NCBI RefSeq assembly: GCF_006345805.1
Contig: NC_043010.1
Coordinates: forward strand, 61,814,001 to 61,878,000
Length of the DNA: 64,000 nucleotides
Reading direction: 5' to 3'
DNA from: Octopus sinensis
Taxonomy: Eukaryota
Below are positions 49,502-64,000 of the stretch, piece after piece. The notes below the pieces were generated by a model. It saw nothing but the letters and a program-made list of their open reading frames with translations, did no database searches and was not told the DNA's origin. Both the position numbers and the translations under genes were made by a program. Within the stretch, counting starts at the first letter, position 1, and the number at the start of each line of letters is the position of its first letter.

Positions 49502-49802
49502 TAGAGGAGGGGAGAGTAGAGTAGTATACTATGATTTAGGTGGGAATGAAACCGAGATGGAACTTGTAGGAAAGGGTGAGGCCATTAAATAGAAGAGCGA
49601 GAGCCAGTAAGGTTTTAAACTAATCAAGTAAACGGCACCCCCCACCTTTTAAAATATATTATTGCTGGAGAGCTGAGATTTCTGACGACCAACAAGAATT
49701 CACCGATTAAACTTGAGAATTAATAAAGCTTTCGGCCGCCTCCTCAACTCCTCATTCCTCACACGATTATTATTATTAAATGATGATGATGATAATAATA
49801 AT

Positions 49803-51917
49803 AATTTATTCTTTGTATTGGCCACAAGGGCTGACATACATGATTAGAAAACATAAAGGGACAAAACAGGACGAAAGGTTACAAAGGGTTTGGTCCGTTT
49901 GTGAAGAAAATCATGTAAAAAAAAACTAACAACAAAATATTTAACAATGAAAAACTCCCAATAGGGGGAGGCGCTTCGAAAGGTTCCTGGTGGAAAAAAC
50001 CCCATAAAAGCCAACGGGAGCCTGGTCAAATGGGGGGTAGAGAGCCCCTTTCTCCTTTAATAATACCTTTTTGAATCACAGGCGAAACCTGAGAACTGGT
50101 CCATTTATACTGGCCATTCTCGCACAATTCACCCACCTTTCAGAAAACTTGCTATCGGACAGCACTTTCCTCTCTAACCTCATCTTCCTTTTCAAGTAAA
50201 ACTTGAAAAAGTTGATGAGGCCTTGACCAAAGAGGAAAGTGTCTGGCTTTAGCCCTTTCAAACGGGTCCACCATACAACCTCTTTCGCCACAGCCACTAG
50301 GCACAAGAAAACGGCCTCGCCCTCCTTGTTAAAGGAGGTCGGCGGGGCAATCTTCACTATGGATTCGGCCGATAGCCGGATCCGTCCTACACGTGACAGT
50401 AGCTGTTCGACATAAACCCATAGTTCAGCAATACTCGGGCACTGAACGAGTGCGTGCAGAACGGTTTCGTCGTCCTGGCAACACCTCGGGCAGGCTCGGC
50501 TGACGGCACTTCCGTGCCGGTAGAGTTTATCCCGAACAGGCAGAGCCCCTCGGTAGCACTGTCAGGCGAGCGACCTCTGGAAATTGTCCATCGGCCCGGC
50601 CCGAAAGTCCTCCCGAACAGACCGCTCAGTTCGTTATCGTCAACGCCTAGAGTTTCCCCGAGAACGTCGTCGCATTTTTCCTCCACTAACCCTCTATAGA
50701 ACGCTAGAGTGGAGCTGAAACCGATCGCATTGCCCGCCTGGCGGAGGGCGTAGAGAGCTTGACGACACTCGAGGTGCCAAGCGCCCTTTCTCGGTCTACG
50801 TTTGATCCAGGTCAAAGAGACGAGCTGCGGAAAGTCGCGTCTGACAAAAGACGACCACACCTGTTCACCGTCTAGGAAACGCTTGAGATGTCGCAGCCTG
50901 AGCGCATGTCTGCGCATCAGTAACCACGGCATTCCAAGGCCTCCGTTCAGCGGTCGTTGGCAGCAGATGGATCGCCTGACCAGTGGCACCTGACCCTTCC
51001 ACAAAAAGTCGAAGAGCAGGCGTACCAGCTTGGCCAACCAGCGGTTGGGACAAGGGACGACGGTCAAGCGGTAATAGATGACGGATGCGATATACGCATT
51101 CGCCACCTCCGCTCGACCTTTCAGGGACAGCTTCCTCTCGGCCCATTTCTGGGCAGTTTAACGGGTCCGTCTGTCCAGCGCCCTACGACGCTGTTGGACG
51201 GCATGGGCTTGCCTCTCCAGGTGCCCAGTTGCAAGCCCACAGACTTTTCCGCGTTAATCTTTGCCCCTGTCACCGCTTCGTACTCGTTTAGTGTCTCGCC
51301 AATCAGGCCAATGTGCCTGTGACTCGACACCATCACGGTGACGTCGTCGGCATAGGCAGACACGCTGTTTCCGCCTCCTAGATCGCGCAGGATACCCCTC
51401 AAAGCCTCCAACTTGCGCAGTAATGGCTCGAGAGTCAATATGTACAAGAGGGAGGAGACAGGGCATCCTTGGCGGACCGAACGCGAGATGTCGAACGGTT
51501 CCGAAAGGTGACCGTTCACCCGTATCACCGAGCAGATGTTGTTGTATAAAGCAGCGATCCATCCGCGGAAGACTGGACCGAAGCCGGCTGCCTTGAGAAC
51601 AGCTGCCAGGTACCGATGGTCGACCCTATCGAAGGCTTTACTCTGATCTAAGTTGATCAAAGCCCCACCCGCGCCAGCGTCGTTACCCACCCTCTCTATG
51701 ATGTAGCGCATGAGATGGAGGTTGTCGTGTATCGACCTGGTCGGCACGGCGCATGTCTGCGTCTTGCCGACCAGCTTGCCCACGACAAGCGCCAATCTCT
51801 TGGCTAGCACCTTGGCCAAAATCTTCAACTCTGCATTGAGAAGAGTGATGGGCCGAAAATTCCCTATAACGTCCCCCTTGTTTGTATCCTTTTTTAGCAA
51901 AGCCACCACCCCTCGAC
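49803..51917 (-). mobile_element. 5'-truncated Tx1/L1-clade LINE (RT + CCHC zf-RVT + 3' UTR), disrupted
   Basis: NFRPITLLN, SKAFDRVDH, VRQGCPVS, YADD and CPRC..H....C motifs. One internal deletion, one frameshift and one stop; aataaa plus (TTA)n tail. Confidence 0.92.
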
Positions 51918-51921
51918 AATA

Positions 51922-53520
51922 ATATTACGCCAAGAGACTGGCGTTAAACCAGCATCTCGAAGCCCAACATATGGGTTGCATTGTTGGAGCCAGGATTCGT
52001 GCATTGGTTGTGGAGGAATCAAGGCAGCAGGATGGGCCCGAGTGGTGGAAGCCCAACGTGGCAACGATGGCACAATTCGATCTTTGATTAACCAAAGAGG
52101 TAAGTTGATAAACGAGCACGAGGGGATGCGTGAGGTCTTTCAGGAGCACTTCGCCCAGCTTTTCGGGGTGGGGGAAGCGGACCGGACAGTAAAAGGGACC
52201 TAACGGATTTCCTCGCCGGGCTGCCGCGCCCCTCGGAGCTTGACACGGAGTGTTGTGAAGGGCCGATCGCGCCTGAGGAGGTAATTGAGGCTATGGCGCA
52301 CCGCGACACGGGTAAGGCACCGGGACTGGATGGTCTACCCTATGAACTGTATAAGAGTATGCCAGACTTGTTCGGGCACCTGCTGGCGAATGTCTACACG
52401 AACTGGCAGCAGAATGGGTTCATTCCCAGATCTGTGCGCCGGGGAGTGGTGAGGCTTGTCAGAAAGGACCCGAACAAGGGGGGACTGCATTGATAATTTT
52501 CGGCCCATCACTCTGCTAAATACGGAGTTGAAGATTTTGGCCAAAGTGTTCTCAGACATGTACCGTTCCCGGCAGAACCATCTTCTACAGTACATCGAAA
52601 TTTATAACAACATCGACTCGGTAGTTCGGGTGAACGGCTTTTTATCTAAGCCGCTCAGCTTCAAACGCTCGGTTCATCAAGGGTGTCCTCTCTCCCCGCT
52701 TTAGTATGTAATGGCTCTTGAGCCATTGCTGCGAAAATTGAGCCAGGGAGGGCGGAGGTGGCCAATGTGTTCATCGCATCGGTCATCACCTACCGCCTAA
52801 CCGTCGTTCCCTGCTCTGATTCGTGGTTGAGCAAGCTGGAAAGACAGCTATTCCGCTTCTTGTGGAAGGATTCGAATACGCTTATGAAACGCTCTATTTG
52901 CTGCCAACAACCGTTAAAAGGTCGGCTAAGGATGCCTTGGCTGATGATGCGCAGGCACGCGCTGAGGTTGAGGCATCTGTGGCTCCATCTGGTTGGTGAT
53001 CGGGTGTGGTCTCCGTTGGCGAAACAGTTGTTTCCCAAGTTCACTTGCTTCGGTGGACTGGAGATCTGGTTCTATCGTAGATCGAAGTTGGGTACATGGT
53101 GTACGGAGTGTCGTAAGGCTCTCCGGATATTCCATCTCTCGGGCAACACCTGCGGTAGTGGTTCTACCACATTCTTCTATAGAGGGTTGGTAGAGGCGAA
53201 ATGTGATGATAGCTTGGGGAAGCCCTAGGTCTCGACAATAATCAGCTGGCCAATCTGTTCCAACGTACATTCGGGCCGAAGACACTGGATAACTTCCAGA
53301 CGTCTTTGGCATGGCAATGTTACCGAGGAGTCTTACCTATCCGGGACAAACTCGCAATCATGGTGACCCTAACTCACCGACCTGTCCAAGATGTGGGCGA
53401 GTCAGGGAAACCGTCCCGTATGCTATTGTTCAGTGTTCGGTGGTTTCAGATGTGTGGGTTTATGCCGAACAACTATTGTCTAGTACAGGAAGAGTACAGT
53501 TATCGACTGAGTCAATAGTA
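51922..53520 (+). mobile_element. Second Tx1/L1-clade LINE remnant, different subfamily, two internal deletions
   Basis: KAPGLDGLPYELY, NFRPITLLNTELKILAKV, SVHQGCPLSP and CPRCGRVRET motifs. Lacks the YADD segment and the 3' end. Confidence 0.88.
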
Positions 53521-53539
53521 AAAACTATATATATAAATA

Positions 53540-54008
<469 letters not shown>

Positions 54009-54236
54009 AAAAATCTTTAATTTATTTTAAACGTAACGGGAGCAACAGTTTGAGACGAAGACGCATTTTGTCGAAATGCGGAATGGATAAAACAGCCGAT
54101 AACTGGAAGGCTGTTCTTATGTTGCCTGTCTTCTTTCTTTCGTTGTTCACAAAACAAGTTCGTCTTCGACGTTTTCGTATTTCATGTTTTCGTTGCCTAA
54201 AACGCTGCTGCATATGTGTGCGTGAGATTGTACATA

Positions 54237-55660
<1,424 letters not shown>

Positions 55661-55989
55661 CATGCACATACATACATATCCATGTACATACATGGATACA
55701 CATGAATACACATACATACATATATACACATATGTACACCAACACATATACACGTGCACATACACATACATACACACACACCCACAAACACAAATACATA
55801 CATACATACACATACATACATACATACACATACATATATACATACACATAATACATACACACACACACATACATACACGACATGTTTTTATGTTGCCTGT
55901 CGTGTTTTTACATCTGTTGCTTTCGTTGTTCGCAAAACAATTTCGTTTTCGATGTTATCCTGTTTCATGATTTCGTTGCCTGTGTATGT

Positions 55990-56140
55990 GATGTGGTGTG
56001 GTGTGGTGTGGTGTGGTGTGGTGTGGTGTGGCGTGGAGTGGTGTGGCGTGGCGTGGTGTGGCGTGGTGTGGCGTGGCGTGGCGTGGCGTGGCGTGGCGTG
56101 CGTGGCGTGGCGTGGCGTGGCGTGGCGTGACGTGACGTGC
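55990..56140. repeat. Pentamer array (GGTGT)n grading to (GGCGT)n
   Basis: Direct reading. Confidence 0.9.
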
Positions 56141-56179
56141 AAAGCCCTGGTCGCCGTAGCGCTGACTGTGGTGTCGTAG

Positions 56180-56324
56180 CTATGTACAGTCAGCCCAACG
56201 ACGCCCAGAGCTTGGCCCATGACACTCCATAGACCCTAAGTAAGGCATGTGTAAAATTTGAATGAAATTAGTTGTGTAGTTCTCGAGATTTAGGTATTCA
56301 CACAGACAGACACTCACACTCTCA

Positions 56325-56378
<54 letters not shown>

Positions 56379-56706
56379 TATATACATGCATATATATGTA
56401 CATATATACATGCATATATATATATACAAGTATACATCTGCGTGTACAGATATATGTATGAATGCAAATATAAAAGGTTATATAAGGCACTAGCAGAGTT
56501 ACCCGGCGTTGCTCGAGTTACATACAATTGAAGAATTAGACTTCAATCCTTTCTTCTATAGTAAGTTCGATTTTTAAAATTTTTGCTTTTTTATTCAAGT
56601 ATCACCGTTATAGATATTTATACACTGGTGAATTTAAGAAATCACTCGTAAATATACGAAACTTTCGAATCTGTTACTGTACACACACGCACACACACAC
56701 ACACAC

Positions 56707-56739
<33 letters not shown>

Positions 56740-56758
56740 CACACAAACACAAACACAC

Positions 56759-56807
<49 letters not shown>

Positions 56808-57035
56808 GCGCAAGCACGCACGCACACTCCCTCACATATAGAGTCGCATATCTGTGTATGTATTTATGTATGTTTGAAGATAATCAAACCAAATTTTCAT
56901 CATTTCGAGTCTCTCACCCAATGAGTATTTCTGCCAAATTTGGTGAATACTCATTCAAGCAGTTTTCCAGTAATTTTGCAAACACACAAAGACGAGCGAC
57001 AACAACACCCTGCTTTCGCTTACGCGCTCAGGATA
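56180..57035 (+). mobile_element. Helitron/Helentron-like non-autonomous ends (3' end 56180-56350; 5' end 56489-56520; 3' end 56880-57035)
   Basis: actagcagagttacccggcgttgc start motif, aaattt(g)...gaa body motifs, terminal hairpin accctg...caggat followed by AAT repeats. Recognised by eye only. Confidence 0.4.
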
Positions 57036-57176
57036 ATAATAATGATGATGATGATTATGATAACAACAGCAACAAGAACATGAACAAGAATGTCTTATTA
57101 ACCACATGGGTTGGCAAAAAAGTTTGAGAACAGTCTGTACGGTAAAGGACGAGACAAATAAAAACAAACAAAACCA

Positions 57177-57640
57177 GAAACTTTCTCACAGAGGGAAGAC
57201 ATTTCCAAAGGTTATTCACACAAATCCCACAAAACCCACGGTCACTCTAACAGCAAAGTCTAATGTTCTCCTCCCTCTCTCTCTCTCTCTCCTTGTTGTT
57301 CTCCAATTTATAGGTGCATGCTCAGAGTAGAGCCGTTTACAAGAACCATACTCAGCACTACCAAATAACAAAAACAAAATCTTGAAAGAAACTTTCTCAC
57401 GGAGTGAAGTCATTTCCAAAGGTTATTCCCTTTGCACAAAGGCACAAATCCCACAAAACCCACAGTCACTCTAACTGCAAAGTCTAATACTTCTCCCTCC
57501 CCCTCCCTGCCCCCCCCCTCCCCCTCCCTGCCCCTCCCCCTCTCTCTCCTTGTCCTCCAATTTATAGGTGCATGCTCAGAGTAGAGCTGTTTACACGGAC
57601 CATACTCAGCACTACCAAAAAAAAAAAAAAATCCCATTTA
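57177..57640. repeat. Tandem duplication, about 210-250 bp x2
   Basis: agaaactttctcac at 57177 and 57387; ccaatttataggtgcatgctcagagtagagc in both copies. Confidence 0.9.
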
Positions 57641-58011
57641 ATCTTGTGAAAATGCAGGGGAAATTCGGTCGTCTTTCCACCGTGAAAAGCGACCCAATAA
57701 ATGTATGAAATTTCATGAAATTGGTGTTTGTTTGTTATCGTTTAATCCCGGATCAAAAAGTAGACCTACGATCAAAAGTGTTCCAACCGTGACAACCCTG
57801 CTCCTTTTCTTCTTTTTTTTCTTCTTTTTTTTTTTTCATTTTCAGGTATAGTGAGTCTCGCCCTACATCAGCTGAAGTATCTTTTTGATGTTGCATTTCT
57901 TTTAAAAGGCGGTGTGGTGTCACTTCAAAGTGTTTGATTGATTGTTGTTTAAAACTGGTCGAGCCGTTCCGTAGAATCTCCCTTGTTCCCCAATTCGTCG
58001 TCACGCGTATT

Positions 58012-58307
58012 TACTCTCTTTTACTGGTTTCAGTCATTTGACTATGGCCATGCTGGAGCACCGCCTTTAGTCGAGCAAATCGACCACAGGACTTATTCTT
58101 GGTAAGACTAGTATTTATTCTATCGGTCTCTTTTTGCCGAACCGCTAAGTTACGGGGACGTAAACACACCAGCATTGGTTGTCAAGCGATGATGGGGTGG
58201 GGGAAACACAGACACACAAACATATACACACACACGTACATATATATATATACATATAGGCCCCACCCTTGGCGCAACCCATTGTCTATCAAGACAGACG
58301 GGGAAAG

Positions 58308-58341
<34 letters not shown>

Positions 58342-58507
58342 ATCGGACGGGCTTCTTTCAGTTTCCGTTTACAAAATCCACTCACAAGGCTTTGGTCGGC
58401 GCGAGGCTATAGTGGAAGACACTTGCCCAAGGTACCACGCAGTGGGACTGAACCCAGAACCATGTGGTTCGTAAGCAAGCTACTTACCACACAGACACTC
58501 CTGCGCC
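58012..58507 (-). mobile_element. SINE family A/B
   Basis: Reverse-complement match to 2613-3016. Confidence 0.85.
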
Positions 58508-58650
58508 TATTTCTGAAAATGCTGTAGATATAACTCCGATATTATTATTTCCCCAGCAACGTTATATATTTATTAAGTACATTAGCGATGTATGATAAAA
58601 ATTTGATGCGATCTCACATACTGAAGTGTTTGTCAAACCTTTCATTGTAT

Positions 58651-59025
58651 GGATGGAAGCACTTCGTCGGTTACGACGACGAGGGTTCCGGTTGATCCGA
58701 TCAACGGAACAGCCTGCTCGTGAAATTAACGTGTAAGTGGCTGAGCACGTGTATCCTTAACGTAGTTCTCGGGGATATTCAGCGTGACACAGAGAGTGAC
58801 AAGGCCGGCCCTTTGAAATACAGGTACAACAGAAACAGGAAGTAAGAGTGAGAGAAAGTTGTGGTGAAAGAGTACAGCAGAGATCACCACCATCCCTGCC
58901 GGAGCCTCGTGGAGCTTTAGGTGTTTTCGCTCAATAAACACTCACAACGCCCAGTCTGAGAATCGAAACCGCGATCCTACGACCGCGAGTCCGCTGCCCT
59001 AACCACTGGGCCATTGCGCCTCCAC
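58651..59025 (-). mobile_element. SINE family D
   Basis: Match to 47567-47931. Confidence 0.88.
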
Positions 59026-60078
59026 TTTACATTGTATACAATTGAAGTGGTTCGATCGAGGCAGTTGATAATTTTAACAGGCAAAATAGCTTCTTCGCGA
59101 ATTGGCATTAAAATTTAAAATAACCCTCTGTTTTGACCCAGACACTGCCTAACTAATGTTAAAGAAAGGCTACCAGCGCAAGTGACAGAAGGACCTCTAT
59201 GTGATATCAGTGAGACTCTATAGTTTTGTAACCCACCCAATGGCGTTTCTATGAACGTTCTCGACCGCGAAATTTTTCCCCATAAGAGTTCCGGACCCCA
59301 GTTATGAACTCATTTGCATTCATTCAATCAGAGCTCAACTATCAAACTAATTTATGAGCGCATGACAAGTTATGGGCGATAAGATAAGGTCACTACAACC
59401 ATTCCTTTTTTTCTCTCCCTTTCTCTTGCTCCTCCTCCTCCCTCCCGTCGTTGACCCGCAACAAGAGGTCTGCTACTGTCTTTCTGACCTGGCTTCCTTC
59501 AAGTGTGGATGGCTTTCCTGTTTCTCTCTTGCCGTCTTCAAAAGCCTTCATAATATTTTTTCTTTCGTTCTGGCTTAACAGCTCTTAATGTTTGTGTTAC
59601 TGTTATTCTCCTTGTCCTGTCTTTTACTGTTTATATTTTGTACTGTCTTTACTGTCCTGTTTTTGTTACCATTTTGTTACCATTTTTACCCCTCAGCAAA
59701 AAAATCGCAAATTTCATTTAATCTGCTTTTGCGGGAAGGACTGTTTCAACGGAGTCGTGTCTCGCCTTTACCTTCGAAACGCGGAGTAGATGAAACAGAG
59801 GCGGCTGGTTTTGTGTTTATGTTTTCGTTTCTCATTGTGTTCGACATTTTTTTTTTTGGTGTCCTGTACCCATATATGCATGTGTATATACATATAGATG
59901 TATGTATATATGCATATGTTTTATTTATTAATTTATTATATGACGGAACGCACGCATCCATTTCTAAGTAAGTTTTATCTATATATCGAGAGTTCTTGCA
60001 TGGCCGCAGCAGCCTCGAGGCTAAAACATATAAAACAATTAAAGAATATATTTATATAGATAAATAATATATATATAT

Positions 60079-60120
<42 letters not shown>

Positions 60121-60141
60121 TATATATATAATATATATATA

Positions 60142-60176
<35 letters not shown>

Positions 60177-60201
60177 TTGTTTATCTATATAAATATATAG
60201 A

Positions 60202-60358
60202 TGTGTGGTAAGTAGCTTGCTAACCAACCACATGGTTCCGGTTTCAGTCCCACTGCGTGGCATCTTGGGCAAGTGTCTTCTGCTGTAGCCCCGGGCCGAC
60301 CAATGCCTTGTGAGTGGATTTGGTAGACAGAAACTGAAAGAAGCCTGTCGTATATATG

Positions 60359-60391
<33 letters not shown>

Positions 60392-60608
60392 ATGTGTTTG
60401 TGTGTCTGTGTTTGTCCCCCTACATTGCTTGACAACCGATGCTGGTGTGTTTACGTCCCTGTCACTTAGCGGTTCGGCCAAAAAAGAGACCGATAGAATA
60501 AGTACTGGGCTTACAAAGAATAAGTCCTGGGGTCGATTTGCTCGACTAGAGGCGGTGCTCCAGCATGGCCGCAGTCAAATGACTGAAACAAGTAAAAGAG
60601 TAAAGAGT
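60202..60608 (+). mobile_element. SINE family A/B, close to the 2613 copy
   Basis: Near-identical to 2613-3016. Confidence 0.88.
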
Positions 60609-60696
60609 ATATAATTTAAAATAATAAGGGTGAAAAATTGAATATCAATTTAAAACCAGTGGTCTAGCATATTGAAGAATCTGAAGATTCAGAAAA

Positions 60697-60746
<50 letters not shown>

Positions 60747-61194
60747 TTAAAGTCTGAGAAACCACTTCAACTCACTCATAAGCAAGGCTTGCACCCGTAT
60801 CAACTATATAGATACATACACATTGTCTCACACACACACACACACATTGCAACGGATGTACTATAATCGTCAACATACAAAAGCTACAAACAAACTTAAG
60901 ATTTATTTTATAAGAGGACACTTTGGGTAATGGAGTCCTACATTCATAGGAAAAAGAATTGACGGAATCCTCAAGGCTGCAGAGCCTTTGATCACAAGCG
61001 ATGGCCTTGGGTTGAACAACAATCACAAAACCACATTATACGTACATACAACGGACCCACACACACATACATATAATATACACGATACAACACACACATA
61101 CATACACAAAAATAATAGACGCACTGACAAAACAACAGAGGCAAATACACTCACATACGCAGAGAGAAAAGTTTAATACATCAGGGCGAGCTGG

Positions 61195-61410
61195 TAAGGG
61201 AGTCTCCAGGAGGCCGTTCAGTACGACCTGCTAGAAATAGCTGCCAAATCTACCCCATATCACACCCTACTGTTTTATAAGAAAAACTGAACGCGTTGGA
61301 TAGTGCACGCCTCGATTCATTGTACATAGGAGATAGATGGAATTGTCATGGCTGGAATAATTTTGATCATAGGTCTGCTCACTCAGGGCTGACCTGGGCC
61401 AAAACAACAT
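61195..61410 (+). repeat. Family F repeat
   Basis: gacctgctagaaatagctgccaaatc ... gctgacctgggccaaaacaac. Confidence 0.7.
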
Positions 61411-61581
61411 CATATACAACGTAACATACACAACACACACACACACACACACATGCACGTACACATAAATACGCAAACCCACATACACAAACATGCATGC
61501 ACGCGTAAACACAAACGCACATACACAAACATAAATGCAGACACATGCAAACATGCACACACACACACGTAAACACGCACA

Positions 61582-61633
<52 letters not shown>

Positions 61634-62162
61634 GAGCTATTAAATTTCCAGCTGAAACCGAGGCAAGTTGCTCCCTGCAGGTTGAGTGTGAGGTGGTAGC
61701 GGTGGGAGGGAACAGAAGGTGGTGGAAGTGGTTTTGGTGGTGGTAGGAAACAGAGGGAGGTGGAGGTGGTGAAGTATTTAGCAATGGCGTCATTGCCGTG
61801 TGCCAGCAGCCAAACACCCTGAGACACAACAATAACAGTAGTCGAAGGCGAAAATCGATGAAGGCGGCAAGTATTTGCGATTTACGGCAAACGTCGCCAT
61901 AACGGAGATGGCATTCCACACAGCTTTCCTTCAAATATATAAATACAGGGACGGGTGTGTTGGGGCTGTGGGGGGTTGTAGTGACAGTGGTGGTGGTGGA
62001 AGAGACAAGATGGCGGTGGCTGCGAAAGAAGCTGGCGATTATTAAAATGATTCGGTTTAAACTATGTACGCCTGATTTTGCATATGGGCAAAAGTTTGTG
62101 TATGTGTGTGTGTTAAAACAAGGAATTTTCACGGGTTTCGCCAATGCCTAGACAAATAGATA

Positions 62163-62583
62163 TACTCTTTTACTTGTTTCAGTCATTTGACTGCGGCCAT
62201 GCTGGAGTACCGCCTTTAGTCGAGCCAATCGACCCCAGGACTTTGTAAGCCTAGTACTTATTCTATCGGTCTTTTTTGCTGAACTGCTAGTTACGGGGAC
62301 ATACTCACACCAGCATCGGATGTCAAGCGATGTGGGGGGGGGGACAAACACAGACACGTACATACATACATACATACATACATACATACATACATACATA
62401 CATACATACATACATACATACGTACGTACGTACATACATATTCAGTTTCCGTCTACCAAATCCACTCACAAGGCATTGGTCGGCCCGAGGTTATAGTAGA
62501 AGACACATGCCCAAGGTGTCACGCAGTGGGATTGAACCCGGAACCATGTGGTTGGTAAGCAAGCTTCTTACCACTCCTGCACC
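62163..62583 (-). mobile_element. SINE family A/B
   Basis: Reverse-complement match to 2613-3016. Confidence 0.85.
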
Positions 62584-64000
62584 ATATGTGTATGTAAGAT
62601 ATATATATATCATATCTTTTACTGTTTCAATCATTGGACCGCGATCTAGCTGGAGCACTGCCTTGAAGGGTTTAGTCGAACAAATCGGCCCCAGGACTTG
62701 TTTTTCAAAAGCCCGATACTTATTCTATCGGTTCCTTTTGCCGAATCACTAGGTTACACGAACATAAACACACCAACAGCAGTTGTTAAACGGTTGTGGG
62801 GGACAAACACAAACATGCGCATCGACACACACACACACACACATACATATATATATATGCGCACACACACTTTTAGTCGAATGAAGCCAGTACTTGTATT
62901 TTTTAAAAACCTGGTACATATTCTATCACTCATTATTACCAGACCGCTGAGTCATGGGGACAGAAAGAAATCGATACCAATTATCAGGAGGTGGTGATGG
63001 ACACAAACACACACACACACGATGAGCTTTTTGTCAGTTTCCGTCTTCCAAATCCGATCACAATGATTTGGTCGTCCTATTATAGTCGACGAGGGATCTA
63101 TTCCATTTGACGGACAGTTTTTTAAAATTAATTTTTTAAAACTGAACGCTTTGAAACTTCGGATACTGGTCGAATATGTCACATAGAACAGGGTTTACTC
63201 TTAACGTTTTTGATAAAATTTTGTATTTTAGAAGTCATTTCGAGTTAAAGTTGTCGTATTTGGGTAATTTTAACCAACGAATGACGTGTATTCAGCTGAA
63301 GAAAATTACTGCTCCAAGAGTTCGCGCAGTGAGACTGAACCCGGCATCATGTGGTTGGGAAGTAAAGTTCTTACCACACAGTCATGTCTAATTTCTATTT
63401 TAATGCAAAAAATTTATAGATTTTTATAACATTGTTGGGTTTTTTGTTTTGTTTTGTTTTTTGATGTTTTTTTTTGTTTCATTAAAAGATTACGGTCATG
63501 TTCGATTTCGATCCTTAGTTACAGTTGCTTAAAGCTTTGCCTTTCATCCATTTGTGGTCAATAAAATAAAGTACCAGTCAAGTACTTGGGTTAGTGTACT
63601 CGACATGTCCCCTCCCCTCAAAATTGTTGGTCTTGAACTCTGCAACAGACCTGCATCCCGTTCTGGAGGAATATTATGATTTTGATTACTTGTAAGCCAA
63701 CGGTGATTGGGTCTTAGGGCTTTAGCAAAAAAAAAAAAAGAAAGAAAAAGATGCATAGAGGGAAGGGCTCGACTCCTAACTTTTTGCTGGGTTTTCGTGA
63801 TTGACGAGAGGAAGTTATCCTCAAACCAGAGTCCTGGCTTAAATACTAACAACAGAGTGGACGTCTATAAGGGTCGTGTTAAACCGAACGATGGGTTAAG
63901 GCTGTCATCCATGTAGGTCACGGTGCGATTCGAACTCAGAAAGCGAAGAGTAGGAACAAATACTAGAAGCATCTTGTACGATGCTTTCATGATACCACCA

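Noticed and set aside
49803-53520. Single LINE with a twin-priming 5' inversion
   Set aside because: The arms cover overlapping homologous segments and are diverged; twin priming gives non-overlapping pieces of one RNA.

Overview
Eukaryotic, AT-rich, very repeat-dense DNA. The tandem TGEKP-linked C2H2 gene, the tRNA-derived SINE families and the microsatellite load suggest an octopus-like coleoid cephalopod (inference, not verified). Only one intact host gene is evident: a C2H2 zinc-finger CDS on the minus strand (127-1644, 12 fingers, one coding exon) with a splice acceptor at 1791/1792. Its 5' UTR exons probably lie further right. The rest is a TE mosaic. It holds six recurring SINE-like families (labelled A/B, C, D, E, F and a CORE-like type; the labels are mine), several with clear TSDs, and two head-to-head Tx1/L1-clade LINE remnants. 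There are also CR1-like and RTE remnants, decayed Tc1, mariner and DUF4817-type transposons, Helitron-like ends and MITE-like pieces. Most notable: (1) four minimal hammerhead-ribozyme motifs in two families, one directly downstream of a tRNA-derived Pol III head; (2) the family C SINE 3' tail matches the 3' end of the Tx1 LINE in this window; (3) an RTE 3' end encoding three C2H2 fingers between (ATGT)n tracts; (4) a codon-phased 60-bp minisatellite with nested insertions. Family assignments come from motif recognition by eye, no searches were run, and boundaries of old repeats are approximate.
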